Part shown: in pieces, positions 19,358 to 28,622 of the stretch
How positions within the stretch are numbered: the first letter of the stretch is position 1
Layout of the letters: the number at the start of each line of letters is the position of its first letter
Source: Bacteroidales bacterium
GTDB lineage: Bacteria > Bacteroidota > Bacteroidia > Bacteroidales > WCHB1-69
Length of the DNA: 44,508 nt
Direction of reading: 5' to 3'
Assembly (NCBI GenBank): GCA_031285725.1
Contig: JAITVP010000120.1
Coordinates: forward strand, 1 to 44,508
The notes under the pieces: model-generated
Told to the model about the DNA's origin: nothing
Seen by the model: only the letters and a program-made list of their open reading frames with translations
Database searches by the model: none
Translations under genes and position numbers: made by a program

Positions 19358-20120
19358 CTTGCATCAATTTATAATATTCATATTCGTTGAATTTGCTTTG
19401 AATAGCACTAACAATTTGTTGCGGCGACCATTTCAGTAAATCATAGTAACTGAATCGGCAATATACCATAAATTCCATTAAATCGGGTTCTTGTAAACCC
19501 GTTACTTCAGAAACCAACTCTTTGTTGTATTTGCTTGGCAATTTTCCTATTTCACTTTCGTGCTCCACCAATTCATAATAGAGTTGTTGCATTTTAACAC
19601 GTTTACTGAAAACATTATACAGCGCTGTTATAGGACTTTCCATCGGTGTACCTCTCAGTAAATTAGGATTTTCATTCACTGCGTTAGCCTTTTCTTCGTC
19701 TGATAATTCCGCACCGTATATTTTTTTGTAAACATCGGGTAATTTTATAGTAGATAATTCTCTTTTAAATTCCTCATAATTAGGATTAAAAGCATATACA
19801 ACTACCTCTTTTAATAGAATTGATTGAAAAAATAAAAGATGATCTTCCGGATATTGAATTGTATTCTCAGTAATCACATCCGAATGTTGCCTATAAATTG
19901 ATTTTGTAAAAACCAACGTATCATGTATCTGAACTTTTATTGTAAATTCGCCTCTATCATTGGTGAAGGCAAATGTGTTGGTATTTAGGTTATAAACACT
20001 TACTCCCGATAAAGGCAAATAATTGATTCCATCATAAACTTTTGATTTATAATCAATTCTTTGCGCAGAAAGAGAAAAAAAGAAGAATAAAACAGAAATA
20101 AATACAAGTGTTTTTTTCAT
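19350..20120 (-). CDS. Secreted protein with a carboxypeptidase-regulatory-like (CarbopepD_reg) N-terminal domain
   Basis: 256 aa. Signal peptide MKKTLVFISVLFFFFSLSAQ, then YDGINYLPLSGVSVYNLNTNTFAFTNDRGEFTIKV, typical of that beta-sandwich. Confidence 0.55.
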   Translation of the reverse strand: MKKTLVFISVLFFFFSLSAQRIDYKSKVYDGINYLPLSGVSVYNLNTNTFAFTNDRGEFTIKVQIHDTLVFTKSIYRQHSDVITENTIQYPEDHLLFFQSILLKEVVVYAFNPNYEEFKRELSTIKLPDVYKKIYGAELSDEEKANAVNENPNLLRGTPMESPITALYNVFSKRVKMQQLYYELVEHESEIGKLPSKYNKELVSEVTGLQEPDLMEFMVYCRFSYYDLLKWSPQQIVSAIQSKFNEYEYYKLMQDE

Positions 20121-20664
20121 GTGGCAAATGTACGATTTTAGATTAATATAGTTCTTTTTCTTTTTTTAAATTAAATAAGAAGAGAAGATAATAATAATCA
20201 TGTTGAGAAGTTAATAACTTTTTCCAGACTGCTAAAAAATGATTTATATTTTTTTTTCAACAACATAATAACAAAAAAAAATTACTAACGTATCTATTTT
20301 TCAGGTATTTTCAAATTCAGTTTTTATTATGAGAATTTTTTTGTTGAAAAAAAGAATGTGATATAATTGTTGACAAAAGTGAAATAAAATGGAATGAAAT
20401 GTTTGAAAATTTGATTTCAAAAAGTTCTCTCAAATTATACACATATTATCAACATTGAAGACATACAGTTTGTTGGCAAAAATGGGAATAATTAACAAAG
20501 AACTGTTATGTTATTGATTTAATGGGTAAAAATGAAAAGATAAAAACATGAACAAGCCAGGTTGTTTTATTTGATTACTCATTTACTTGTTCAATTGAAA
20601 ACATATGTAAATACAATAGCTATCGTAACATAATTATTTCGCATTAAATTGTATTTTTGCAATT
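20121..20664. other. Unusually long, extremely AT-rich gene-free spacer; candidate replication origin or large regulatory region
   Basis: No ORF over 20 codons. Hand count of 20161-20220 gives 10/60 G+C. DnaA-box-like 9-mers are TTATACACA (20435-20443), TTATCAACA (20446-20454) and TGTGGAAAA (20664-20672). Genes diverge from this point. Confidence 0.35.
20652..20659 (+). promoter_or_regulatory. -7 box TATTTTTG upstream of rpiB
   Basis: Exact TAnnTTTG match, 23 nt before the ATG at 20683. Confidence 0.45.
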
Positions 20665-20682
20665 GTGGAAAATAATATAAAA

Positions 20683-21114
20683 ATGAAACTGTTAATAGCT
20701 TCGGATCACGCTGGTTTTTTGTTGAAAGAGCAAATTAAATGCGAATTTTCAGAGATTTTTGAATTTGAAGATCTCGGCTCTTTTTCTGAAGAAAGTGTTG
20801 ATTATCCGGATTATATACATCCGTTGGCTTACAAAATTTCTGAAAATCCCAAACAATTAGGTATTATCATTTGTGGTTCAGGAAACGGCGTTTCCATGAC
20901 AGCCAACAAACACCCGAATGTTCGTGCCGCTTTATGTTGGGATCAAGAAATTGCTGAATTGGCAAGAAAACATAACAATGCTAATATTTTATCATTGCCT
21001 GCTCGGTTTGTTTCTAAAGAATTAGCTTTTGAAATTTGCCGATCTTTTTTTACTACCGATTTTGAAGGAGGAAGACATCTTGTTAGAGTTGAGAAGATAA
21101 ATTTACCAAAATAG
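20683..21114 (+). CDS. rpiB: Ribose-5-phosphate isomerase B
   Basis: The ATG at 20683 gives MKLLIASDHAGF...IICGSGNGVSMTANKHPNVRAALCWD...LARKHNNANILSLPARF, the canonical RpiB/LacAB motifs. The track's GTG at 20665 adds 6 residues. Confidence 0.92.
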   Translation: MKLLIASDHAGFLLKEQIKCEFSEIFEFEDLGSFSEESVDYPDYIHPLAYKISENPKQLGIIICGSGNGVSMTANKHPNVRAALCWDQEIAELARKHNNANILSLPARFVSKELAFEICRSFFTTDFEGGRHLVRVEKINLPK

Positions 21115-21120
21115 ACAGCT

Positions 21121-22191
21121 ATGCCAGTTGAGAAACAAATAGTTAGAAACAGGGCAAACTTAGTTCGTCACAATTACATTGAAGAGATGGAAAAACATCT
21201 CTTGGCTTTTGAAGCCGCTGCGAATGCACATGATTTAAGTGTGCATTGGATCATTGACGAGTCAGCTTTGGTGGATTTTGTCCAAAATTTAATGCCAAAA
21301 TCCCGTTTTAACAAAGTTTGCTTTGATTTTGGAAAAATACCCGATGGTATAAAAAATGATAACAGCGGTTTGTTTCAATTTGTTAAAATTGAAGATTTTA
21401 ATGATAACTCGGCAGAATACTTATTTGTTGAAGCTGATTACGGTATTGTTGAAAACGGATCAATTGCTTTAGTGAATAAACGATCAGGTGATGTTTTCAA
21501 CAAAGTACAAAAATTAGTATTATTGTTAAATATCAATAATTTAGTGGTGAAACAGAGTGATTTAGAGTTGGTTTTGGCTCTGAAACAACGTGAAAACGAA
21601 TCATTTTTACCACATGATATAAAAATCATCACATCGCCTTTCCATTATGTGAAGAATGAAACTTTTATCACATCCGATGATGAGAAGGTTAATAAAAACG
21701 ATGTTTCAGTTACTATTTTGTTGTATGACAATGGTATAACTGAAATCATGGAGAATAATGTTTTGCGGGAATCTCTCTATTGTATCCAGTGTGGGCGTTG
21801 TAGTGAGGTGTGTCCGGTGTATAAACACACGAATGGTTTCACTCCGATAGAACTTGTGAAACATAATAGCTTTTATCGTAATCATTTAGATCAAAATATT
21901 TTTAAAAGTACTACGTTATGCGGGTACTGTGAGGAAGTGTGCCCGATTGACATTCCCCTTATGGATCTGTTGGTGGCAGAAATGGAAATGGTGAATGCGA
22001 GAACCAACAAAGAACGGAATATAGACACTATGAAAATTTTTGCGAAACGATCAAAGTTAAATAAAATGAACGGTTCGTTTCGGAGGATTTTCTTTTTACG
22101 GAAAATGTACGGCAAAAATAAGAAGATACATAACTACTATAAAACGCAAAATGAAAATTTCTACAGTATAACTAAAACATCAAAAGAGTGA
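21121..22191 (+). CDS. LUD-domain / 4Fe-4S dicluster protein (LutB-like)
   Basis: 356 aa. VEADYGIVENGSIALVN resembles the LUD-domain core. CIQCGRCSEVCPV and CGYCEEVCPIDIP are two ferredoxin-type cluster motifs. Confidence 0.6.
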   Translation: MPVEKQIVRNRANLVRHNYIEEMEKHLLAFEAAANAHDLSVHWIIDESALVDFVQNLMPKSRFNKVCFDFGKIPDGIKNDNSGLFQFVKIEDFNDNSAEYLFVEADYGIVENGSIALVNKRSGDVFNKVQKLVLLLNINNLVVKQSDLELVLALKQRENESFLPHDIKIITSPFHYVKNETFITSDDEKVNKNDVSVTILLYDNGITEIMENNVLRESLYCIQCGRCSEVCPVYKHTNGFTPIELVKHNSFYRNHLDQNIFKSTTLCGYCEEVCPIDIPLMDLLVAEMEMVNARTNKERNIDTMKIFAKRSKLNKMNGSFRRIFFLRKMYGKNKKIHNYYKTQNENFYSITKTSKE

Positions 22192-22196
22192 CTTTA

Positions 22197-25100
22197 ATGA
22201 ACGAGAACTTACAAAAACTGCATCAAAAGATAGGAGAGTTTGTTAAAAAGTTTTATCTGAACAAACTTTTTAAAGGTTTACTTTTTTTTCTTCTAATCAA
22301 TTTGTTATTATTCATATGTATCACCGTGCTGGAATATTATTCCTTTTTCAGTACGGCGGTGAGAACTGTTTTGTTTTATTCAGAACTGGCTATTTTATTG
22401 TTAACATTGGCCATTTTTGTCCTTTATCCTTTATTCAAGATTTTAGGGTTAGGCAAACGAATCACAAACGAAGATGTTGCTAAGATTGTGGGTAAACATT
22501 TTTCCGAAATTGATGATAAATTTTTGAATATCATACAATTGGAAAAACAAATATCAGAAGGAGAATACAAGAGCTATCAATTATTGTTGGCGGCGATTGA
22601 TCATAAAATCGAAGACATTGAACCTTTTTATTTTATCAAAGCGATACCTTTTAAGAAAACGGTTCAGTTTGCCAAATGGGCGCTTATTCCGGTTTTTCTC
22701 TTCTTGGTGATTTTTTCCATAAAAAGCGAAGTTTTCACGGAATCCACGGAAAGAATTGTTAAGCATCAACAATATTTCGAAAAACCAGCGCCCTACTCTT
22801 TTGAGATTCTTAACGGTAAAATGACTGCATTTCAGAATGAGGATTTTTTACTGCAGGTTAAAGTGATTGGTGATGTGGTACCTAATGAGTTGTATGTTTC
22901 TTTTAATCATAAGAAGTATAAATTCACAAAGATCTCCAATACGGAATTCGGTTATAATTTTTCAAAGTTGCAAAAAAATATAGATTTTCAACTGGTTACA
23001 GATGAAGTAATATCACGACCTTATGCGATTGAGGTGCTGCCCAAACCGGTGACCATCAGTTTTGCCATGGAACTCTTCTACCCTGCTTACCTGAATAAAG
23101 CCAAGGAAATCATTAATAACAGCGGCGATGCGACGATTCCAGAAGGTACGATGATCACATGGAAATTTTACACCAAGAATACCGATTCGTTAATTTTTAT
23201 CCAAGATGAAAAGTCGGAAGTTATTGCTCCTCAGAACGATAATATTTCCATTTCTCGGAAAGCCCACGATTCTTTCACCTATTCGGTGGTCAATAAAAAT
23301 GGTTATTTCACCAGTAATGACACCATGAAAAACTCAATTTTTGTGGTAAAAGACCAATATCCGGAGATTGTGGTGGAGAGTCAGCGGGACACTTTCTTTT
23401 ATGATCGGATTTATTTTAAAGGAAACATCAAGGATGATTATGGTTTTCATGATTTAAGATTCAGATATTCAACATTTAATGAGATGGGAGATCGAATTCT
23501 TGAGGATCAAGCCATCAACATTGAGATTAATAGACAAACCAATATCCAGGATTTTTATTACTTCTTTGATGCGGGCATGTTTGCATTAGATGCCGGATAC
23601 CGGATGGAGTATTACTTTGAAATTCGCGATAACGATGCGATTAACGGTTATAAATCAACTAAAACACCTACATTAACCTATCGTGTTAAAACAGCGGAAG
23701 AAGTTGATCGGGAAATTTCCAATACCAATGAGCAGACGAAGTCGGAAATGACCGATATTATGAAAGAAACGGCTCAATTATTGAAAGATATTGAAAAATT
23801 GAACCAACAAATGATCCAAACCAACAATCCTTCTTGGCAAGATAAAAAGAAATTGGAATCATTAATGGAACGGTTTCAGGATTTGCAGGCGCAGTTGGCA
23901 GAAGTGAAGCAACAGCAACAACAGAAAAATCAGTTAGAGGATCAGTTTAAAAACATTTCCGAGGAAATTCTGAAGAAGCAAGAAGATTTACAAAAACGTA
24001 TGGATGAGTTGCTTACAGATGAAATGAAACAAATGTTGGAACAAATGCAACAAATGATGGATCAGATGAACAAGGATAAAATGATGGAGGCGATGGATAA
24101 AATGAAGGAGAATGCGGAGGATCTGAATAAATCGCTGGATGCGCAATTACAACTTTTCAAGCAGTTGGAATATGAGAAAAAATCCAATGAATTGATAGAA
24201 AAGGCGAAACAGTTGGCAAACGATGAGAAAGAGTTGTCGAAAGAGTCGTTGGATAAGAATGCTGGTAAAGAGGATTTGATTAAAAAACAAGAGGATATTC
24301 AAAATCAATTCAAGAATTTGCAGAAAGATATCAAGAATTTGGAACATCTTAACAAAGAGTTGGAAGAGCCGAATAAAATGACCAATACCGATGAGTTGCA
24401 AAAGAAGATTCAGGAGAAGATGAAAGAGAGTGTGGAAACTTTACAGAAGAATAATAAACGAAAAGCATCTGAAAGTCAAGAAGAAGCGGGAGATGCAATG
24501 GAACAGTTGGCTAGTCAAATGGAAGACGATATGCTGGATAGTCAGGAGGAGCAATTAGCGGAAGATATCGCTACCATTCGTCAAACGTTAGATAATTTGG
24601 TTCAAATTTCTTTCCGACTGGAAGATAATATGACCATGTTGAAAACGCTGAATGTCCGGTCTTCACAGTTAAATAATGTGAAAAGAGAGCAATTCGTCAT
24701 TCAAGAATACATGAAATTGATTGATGATTCATTGACGGCGTTGGCGAGACGGCAACCAGAAATTCAACCATTTATCAACAAAGAAGTTACGAAGATTAGA
24801 GACTATTTGGCGCAAGCTCAAGCAAATATGAATGAGGGACGGTTGCCAAAAGCTACCTCGGATCAGCAGTTTGCATTCACCTCCATGAACAATTTGGCAT
24901 TGATGTTGGCAGAGTCGATGAAAAAGATGAATCAGCAGATGAATAATTGTAAAAATTGTAAGAATAAAAAGAAAGATGGAGATAGTTCGTGCAGTAATCC
25001 GGGAGATAGCGGGAAACCCAATAAAGCCAAATCGGCTCGGGAATTGCAACAGCAGTTGAACCGACAGATGGAGGCGTTGAAACGCTCGATGGAGCAAGGA

Positions 25101-25574
25101 CAGAAAGAAGGAGAGAAAAATCCAGGTGGTATGTCGGGAGCGCAGCAACAGATGAGCGAGCAGTTGGCTAAAATGGCGGCGCAACAAGAGGCGATTCGGA
25201 AAATGATGCAGGATTTACAGAGCGAATTGAAATCCAAGGATGGGGTAGGGGACAAGTCAATTGACGAAATGATCAAGGAGATGGAGGCGACCGAGCGGGA
25301 CTTGGTGAACCGGATCATTTCCCAGCAGACCATAAATCGACAAAAGACAATAGAAACTCGTTTATTGGAGAGTGAAAAAGCGCAGATGGAGAAAGAGAAG
25401 GAAGAAAAACGGGAATCAACCGAAGCGAGGGATATCAAAAACCTAAATCCGCCCAAAGATTGGGAGATGGACAAACGGAGCGAGAAGCAGAATGAGATGT
25501 TGAGGACGGTTCCAGTGAATCTCAACTATTATTACAAGGAAAAAGTGAACAAATATTTTTTTAATATTGAATAA
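22197..25574 (+). CDS. Large membrane-anchored coiled-coil protein (resembles Bacteroidota DUF4175-type proteins; from memory, unverified)
   Basis: About 1125 aa. It has N-terminal TM helices, a central beta-rich region, then ~600 aa of K/E/Q/M-rich heptad-like sequence and a Cys cluster NNCKNCKN...SSCSNPG. The ATG at 22197 is preferred to the GTG at 22188, which overlaps the upstream stop. Confidence 0.6.
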   Translation: MNENLQKLHQKIGEFVKKFYLNKLFKGLLFFLLINLLLFICITVLEYYSFFSTAVRTVLFYSELAILLLTLAIFVLYPLFKILGLGKRITNEDVAKIVGKHFSEIDDKFLNIIQLEKQISEGEYKSYQLLLAAIDHKIEDIEPFYFIKAIPFKKTVQFAKWALIPVFLFLVIFSIKSEVFTESTERIVKHQQYFEKPAPYSFEILNGKMTAFQNEDFLLQVKVIGDVVPNELYVSFNHKKYKFTKISNTEFGYNFSKLQKNIDFQLVTDEVISRPYAIEVLPKPVTISFAMELFYPAYLNKAKEIINNSGDATIPEGTMITWKFYTKNTDSLIFIQDEKSEVIAPQNDNISISRKAHDSFTYSVVNKNGYFTSNDTMKNSIFVVKDQYPEIVVESQRDTFFYDRIYFKGNIKDDYGFHDLRFRYSTFNEMGDRILEDQAINIEINRQTNIQDFYYFFDAGMFALDAGYRMEYYFEIRDNDAINGYKSTKTPTLTYRVKTAEEVDREISNTNEQTKSEMTDIMKETAQLLKDIEKLNQQMIQTNNPSWQDKKKLESLMERFQDLQAQLAEVKQQQQQKNQLEDQFKNISEEILKKQEDLQKRMDELLTDEMKQMLEQMQQMMDQMNKDKMMEAMDKMKENAEDLNKSLDAQLQLFKQLEYEKKSNELIEKAKQLANDEKELSKESLDKNAGKEDLIKKQEDIQNQFKNLQKDIKNLEHLNKELEEPNKMTNTDELQKKIQEKMKESVETLQKNNKRKASESQEEAGDAMEQLASQMEDDMLDSQEEQLAEDIATIRQTLDNLVQISFRLEDNMTMLKTLNVRSSQLNNVKREQFVIQEYMKLIDDSLTALARRQPEIQPFINKEVTKIRDYLAQAQANMNEGRLPKATSDQQFAFTSMNNLALMLAESMKKMNQQMNNCKNCKNKKKDGDSSCSNPGDSGKPNKAKSARELQQQLNRQMEALKRSMEQGQKEGEKNPGGMSGAQQQMSEQLAKMAAQQEAIRKMMQDLQSELKSKDGVGDKSIDEMIKEMEATERDLVNRIISQQTINRQKTIETRLLESEKAQMEKEKEEKRESTEARDIKNLNPPKDWEMDKRSEKQNEMLRTVPVNLNYYYKEKVNKYFFNIE

Positions 25575-25576
25575 CG

Positions 25577-26053
25577 ATGTATAGCATAGAATTGACCGAT
25601 TTGTATTCCGATCAGTTGCAGCAAAGAGTGCTTGGCATGATAGAGGAGATTTGCGAGGAGTTTCATTTTGAAGATCATTTTGGCACGCTCTCTTTTTCGA
25701 TGCATGAAATATTGGACGAGATCATTCGGAATTGTTCCACAGAGCAGAGTTATACAGACCTCTCCTTTTACATTTCTTACAAAGAGGTGGCGGTGCTTAT
25801 CCATCACTCTGAATCACTCTTGCCATTGAGGGAGAGGTTAAATGATTCGCAAGCACGGGAGGAATCCGCCATTTTCGCCATCAACCAATTGGTAGACGGT
25901 ATAGAGTTTTCTAATCAGGATCAAGATCTTAGCCTTTTGTTCCACGTGAAATCAAAATCCAAAGGAGTAGGAGGGGAGACTCAATCCTCGTTGCGAAATT
26001 TACTTGTCAAGGAAGAGATCGAAGAAGATATGAGAAAAAAGAGAGGGGTGTAA
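25577..26053 (+). CDS. Hypothetical cytoplasmic protein
   Basis: 158-aa ORF starting 3 nt after the upstream stop. It is acidic with no motif I recognise. Confidence 0.55.
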   Translation: MYSIELTDLYSDQLQQRVLGMIEEICEEFHFEDHFGTLSFSMHEILDEIIRNCSTEQSYTDLSFYISYKEVAVLIHHSESLLPLRERLNDSQAREESAIFAINQLVDGIEFSNQDQDLSLLFHVKSKSKGVGGETQSSLRNLLVKEEIEEDMRKKRGV

Positions 26054-26132
26054 TATTGAGAGTTAGGGGTTGAATGTTTAGTTCAAAGCTTCAACATCCA
26101 ATTGCCTTGGCAACTCAACGTTTGAACAAACA

Positions 26133-26167
26133 CCTTAACTTCCAACCTCTAACTCCTAACCTTCAAC
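26133..26167. repeat. Five tandem imperfect heptamers YYYYAAC
   Basis: The sequence reads CCTTAAC TTCCAAC CTCTAAC TCCTAAC CTTCAAC. Three inverse heptamers GTTAGGG GTTGAAT GTTTAGT lie at 26062-26082. Confidence 0.85.
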
Positions 26168-26172
26168 CAACC

Positions 26173-26586
26173 ATGATCCTATTCCAAACCGAAACCAAAT
26201 TCACATTAAAAAATAAACGTGCCTATAAGGTGTGGATCAAGCAGATTGCCCAGCATGAGAGCAGGAGGGTGGGGGATATCAATTACATTTTTTGTGATGA
26301 TGATTATCTGATTGAGATCAACAGGCAATATCTTGATCACGATACGTACACAGATATTATCACGTTTGATTATGGCGAAGGAGATACGATTCATGGCGAT
26401 ATTTTCATTAGCGTGGAACGGGTAGCGGAAAATGCAAAGGAATTTTCGACCACATTTTCTGAAGAATTTTTGCGAGTGATGGCGCATGGAATATTACACC
26501 TGTGCGGGTATAAGGATAAAACGAAGGCGGAGGAAAAAGTGATGAGGAGGAAGGAAGAGGAAGCAATGGGAGTGTTTCAGTGGTGA
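26173..26586 (+). CDS. ybeY: rRNA maturation endoribonuclease YbeY
   Basis: The ATG at 26173 gives a ~137-aa protein with FCDDDYLIEINRQYLDHDTYTDIITFDY and the zinc motif HGILHLCGY. The track's extension to 26074 covers the heptamer repeats and is not protein-like. Confidence 0.9.
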   Translation: MILFQTETKFTLKNKRAYKVWIKQIAQHESRRVGDINYIFCDDDYLIEINRQYLDHDTYTDIITFDYGEGDTIHGDIFISVERVAENAKEFSTTFSEEFLRVMAHGILHLCGYKDKTKAEEKVMRRKEEEAMGVFQW

Positions 26587-26719
26587 GATCAGAGCTGAGA
26601 AGCGAGAGACCGTTCGGTACAGTTCTGCTACGCTGTGCTAAAAAGAAGTCTCTATATTTACCAATTTAATTGTTAATGAACAGAATTTGAATAAGTTAAA
26701 CGAATGTTCCACGGGAAAA

Positions 26720-28588
26720 ATGAAGATGGATTATGATATTATAGTGGTGGGTGCTGGTCACGCAGGATGCGAGGCAGCGGTGGCGGCAGCACAGTTGGGG
26801 TCGAAAACGTTATTGATCACGATGAATTTGGTATTGGTAGCGCAAATGTCGTGTAATCCGGCGATGGGCGGCATCGCAAAAGGACAGATCGTGCGGGAGA
26901 TTGATGCACTGGGCGGTTGTTCCGGAATTGTGACCGATAACACGATGATCCAGTTTCGGATGTTGAACCGATCGAAAGGCCCGGCAATGTGGAGTCCACG
27001 AGCGCAAAGTGACAAGACCGCTTTCTCTCTCTATTGGAAACATATTCTCGAAAGACAGGAAAATTTGGACTTACGCCAAGATCACGTGGTAAGATTGGCG
27101 ATAGAGAACCATGTTGTGACCGCTGTTTATACTTTGCAAGGAAAAAAAATCAGTGCAAAAAAGATTATTTTGACCAATGGAACCTTTTTAAACGGCACAA
27201 TTCATATCGGAGAAATTCATTTTTCAGGGGGTAGGATAGGGGAAGAGGCTTCTTTTGGTATTTCTGATCAGTTGGAAAAAGAGGGCTTGATAATGCAGAA
27301 ATTGAAGACTGGAACGCCAGTTCGGATTGATGGTCGAACGGTTGATCTTTTAAAAATGGAGGAGCAAAAAGGCGATGAGCATCCATCAAAATTTTCATTC
27401 ACGGATACTCCGTCATTGACTCATCCGTTGAGTTGTTGGATTACATATACGAATGAAAAAGTACATGATATTTTACGTACTGGTTTTGAATTTTCACCCA
27501 TGTTTCAAGGACGAATTGAAGGAGTTGGTCCCAGATATTGCCCTTCTATTGAAGACAAAATAGTCCGGTTTTCGGAACGGGATAGGCATCAGCTGTTCTT
27601 AGAACCAGAAGGAAGAAACACAAATGAGCACTATTTGAACGGATTTTCTTCTTCTTTGCCCGAAGAAATTCAAATAGAAGCGTTGCATCTTATTCCTGGT
27701 TTGGAAAAAGCAAAGATTATTCGTCCTGGTTATGCGATAGAATATGACTATTTCGATCCTACTCAATTACATTTTTCGTTGGAGTCAAAGTTGATAGAGA
27801 ATCTCTATTTGGCGGGACAAATCAACGGTACAACTGGCTACGAAGAAGCGGCTTGCCAAGGATTAATGACTGGTATCAATGCGCACCGGGCGATACACGA
27901 TCAGGAACCGCTTGTATTATCCCGTTCTGAGGCCTATATCGGTGTTTTAATAGATGATTTAGTGACAAAAGGGGTGCAAGATCCTTACCGTATGTTTACC
28001 TCCCGGGCGGAATACCGGATCTTGCTGCGTCAGGACAATGCTGATCAGCGGCTGACACCAATTGGACGTGATATTGGGCTTATTCCAGAAAACAGATATT
28101 CTGATTTCACACAAAAATATGATCGTCAACAGGCGATTATAGATTATTTGCAGAATCATTTGGCCGATCCCGAAGAGGTGAATCCATACTTGGAAGAACA
28201 AAACACGCCAATTTTGACACAAAAAGTGAAATATGGAAATATTCTTCTTCGCCCTCAACTGAACCTCACCGATTTACGCCACTATGCCACCGATATTGAT
28301 CCCTATTTGCAAGAAATAAATGCCATGCCAGAGGAAGTTGAAAATGCGGAAATTCTTATTACATACTCACATTATATCGAAAAAGAACAGGAAATGGCGA
28401 AGAAAATGGATCAATTGGATCATATCAAAATTCCTAAAGATATTGATTATTTTTCCTTTTCTTCATTATCAATGGAGGCGCGGGAAAAGTTGACTCGAGT
28501 GGCTCCACTGAATTTAGGACAAGCCTCCCGAATTAGCGGAGTGAATCCTTCGGATATTGTGGTATTAATGATCTACTTGAAAACGTGA
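26720..28588 (+). CDS. mnmG: tRNA uridine 5-carboxymethylaminomethyl modification enzyme MnmG (GidA)
   Basis: MKMDYDIIVVGAGHAGCEAA (FAD fold), SCNPAMGGIAKGQIVREIDALGG, GPRYCPSIEDK and AGQINGTTGYEEAA are canonical MnmG motifs. The track start at 26687 is a TTG. Confidence 0.95.
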   Translation: MKMDYDIIVVGAGHAGCEAAVAAAQLGSKTLLITMNLVLVAQMSCNPAMGGIAKGQIVREIDALGGCSGIVTDNTMIQFRMLNRSKGPAMWSPRAQSDKTAFSLYWKHILERQENLDLRQDHVVRLAIENHVVTAVYTLQGKKISAKKIILTNGTFLNGTIHIGEIHFSGGRIGEEASFGISDQLEKEGLIMQKLKTGTPVRIDGRTVDLLKMEEQKGDEHPSKFSFTDTPSLTHPLSCWITYTNEKVHDILRTGFEFSPMFQGRIEGVGPRYCPSIEDKIVRFSERDRHQLFLEPEGRNTNEHYLNGFSSSLPEEIQIEALHLIPGLEKAKIIRPGYAIEYDYFDPTQLHFSLESKLIENLYLAGQINGTTGYEEAACQGLMTGINAHRAIHDQEPLVLSRSEAYIGVLIDDLVTKGVQDPYRMFTSRAEYRILLRQDNADQRLTPIGRDIGLIPENRYSDFTQKYDRQQAIIDYLQNHLADPEEVNPYLEEQNTPILTQKVKYGNILLRPQLNLTDLRHYATDIDPYLQEINAMPEEVENAEILITYSHYIEKEQEMAKKMDQLDHIKIPKDIDYFSFSSLSMEAREKLTRVAPLNLGQASRISGVNPSDIVVLMIYLKT

Positions 28589-28599
28589 CCCAATAATTC

Positions 28600-28621
28600 A
28601 ATGACTCATTAAGTCATTTTT
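28600..28621 (+). terminator. Rho-independent-type hairpin after mnmG
   Basis: AATGACT-catta-AGTCATT (7-bp stem) followed by TTT, 12 nt after the stop. Confidence 0.55.
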
Positions 28622-28622
28622 A

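Noticed and set aside
24729-25525. Minus-strand ORFs of 152 and 197 aa inside the coiled-coil gene (also 24147..24401)
   Set aside because: They are the antisense of K/E/Q-rich low-complexity coding sequence. The products are Leu/Phe/Ser-rich artefacts.
26074-26172. N-terminal extensions of track ORFs (ybeY from 26074; also 10354-10449, 14089-14130, 20665-20682, 26687-26719)
   Set aside because: The extensions cover repeat arrays or divergent promoters, or use GTG/TTG starts. The internal ATGs give N-termini that match the known families (YbeY, RpiB, MnmG, NTP-transferase P-loop).
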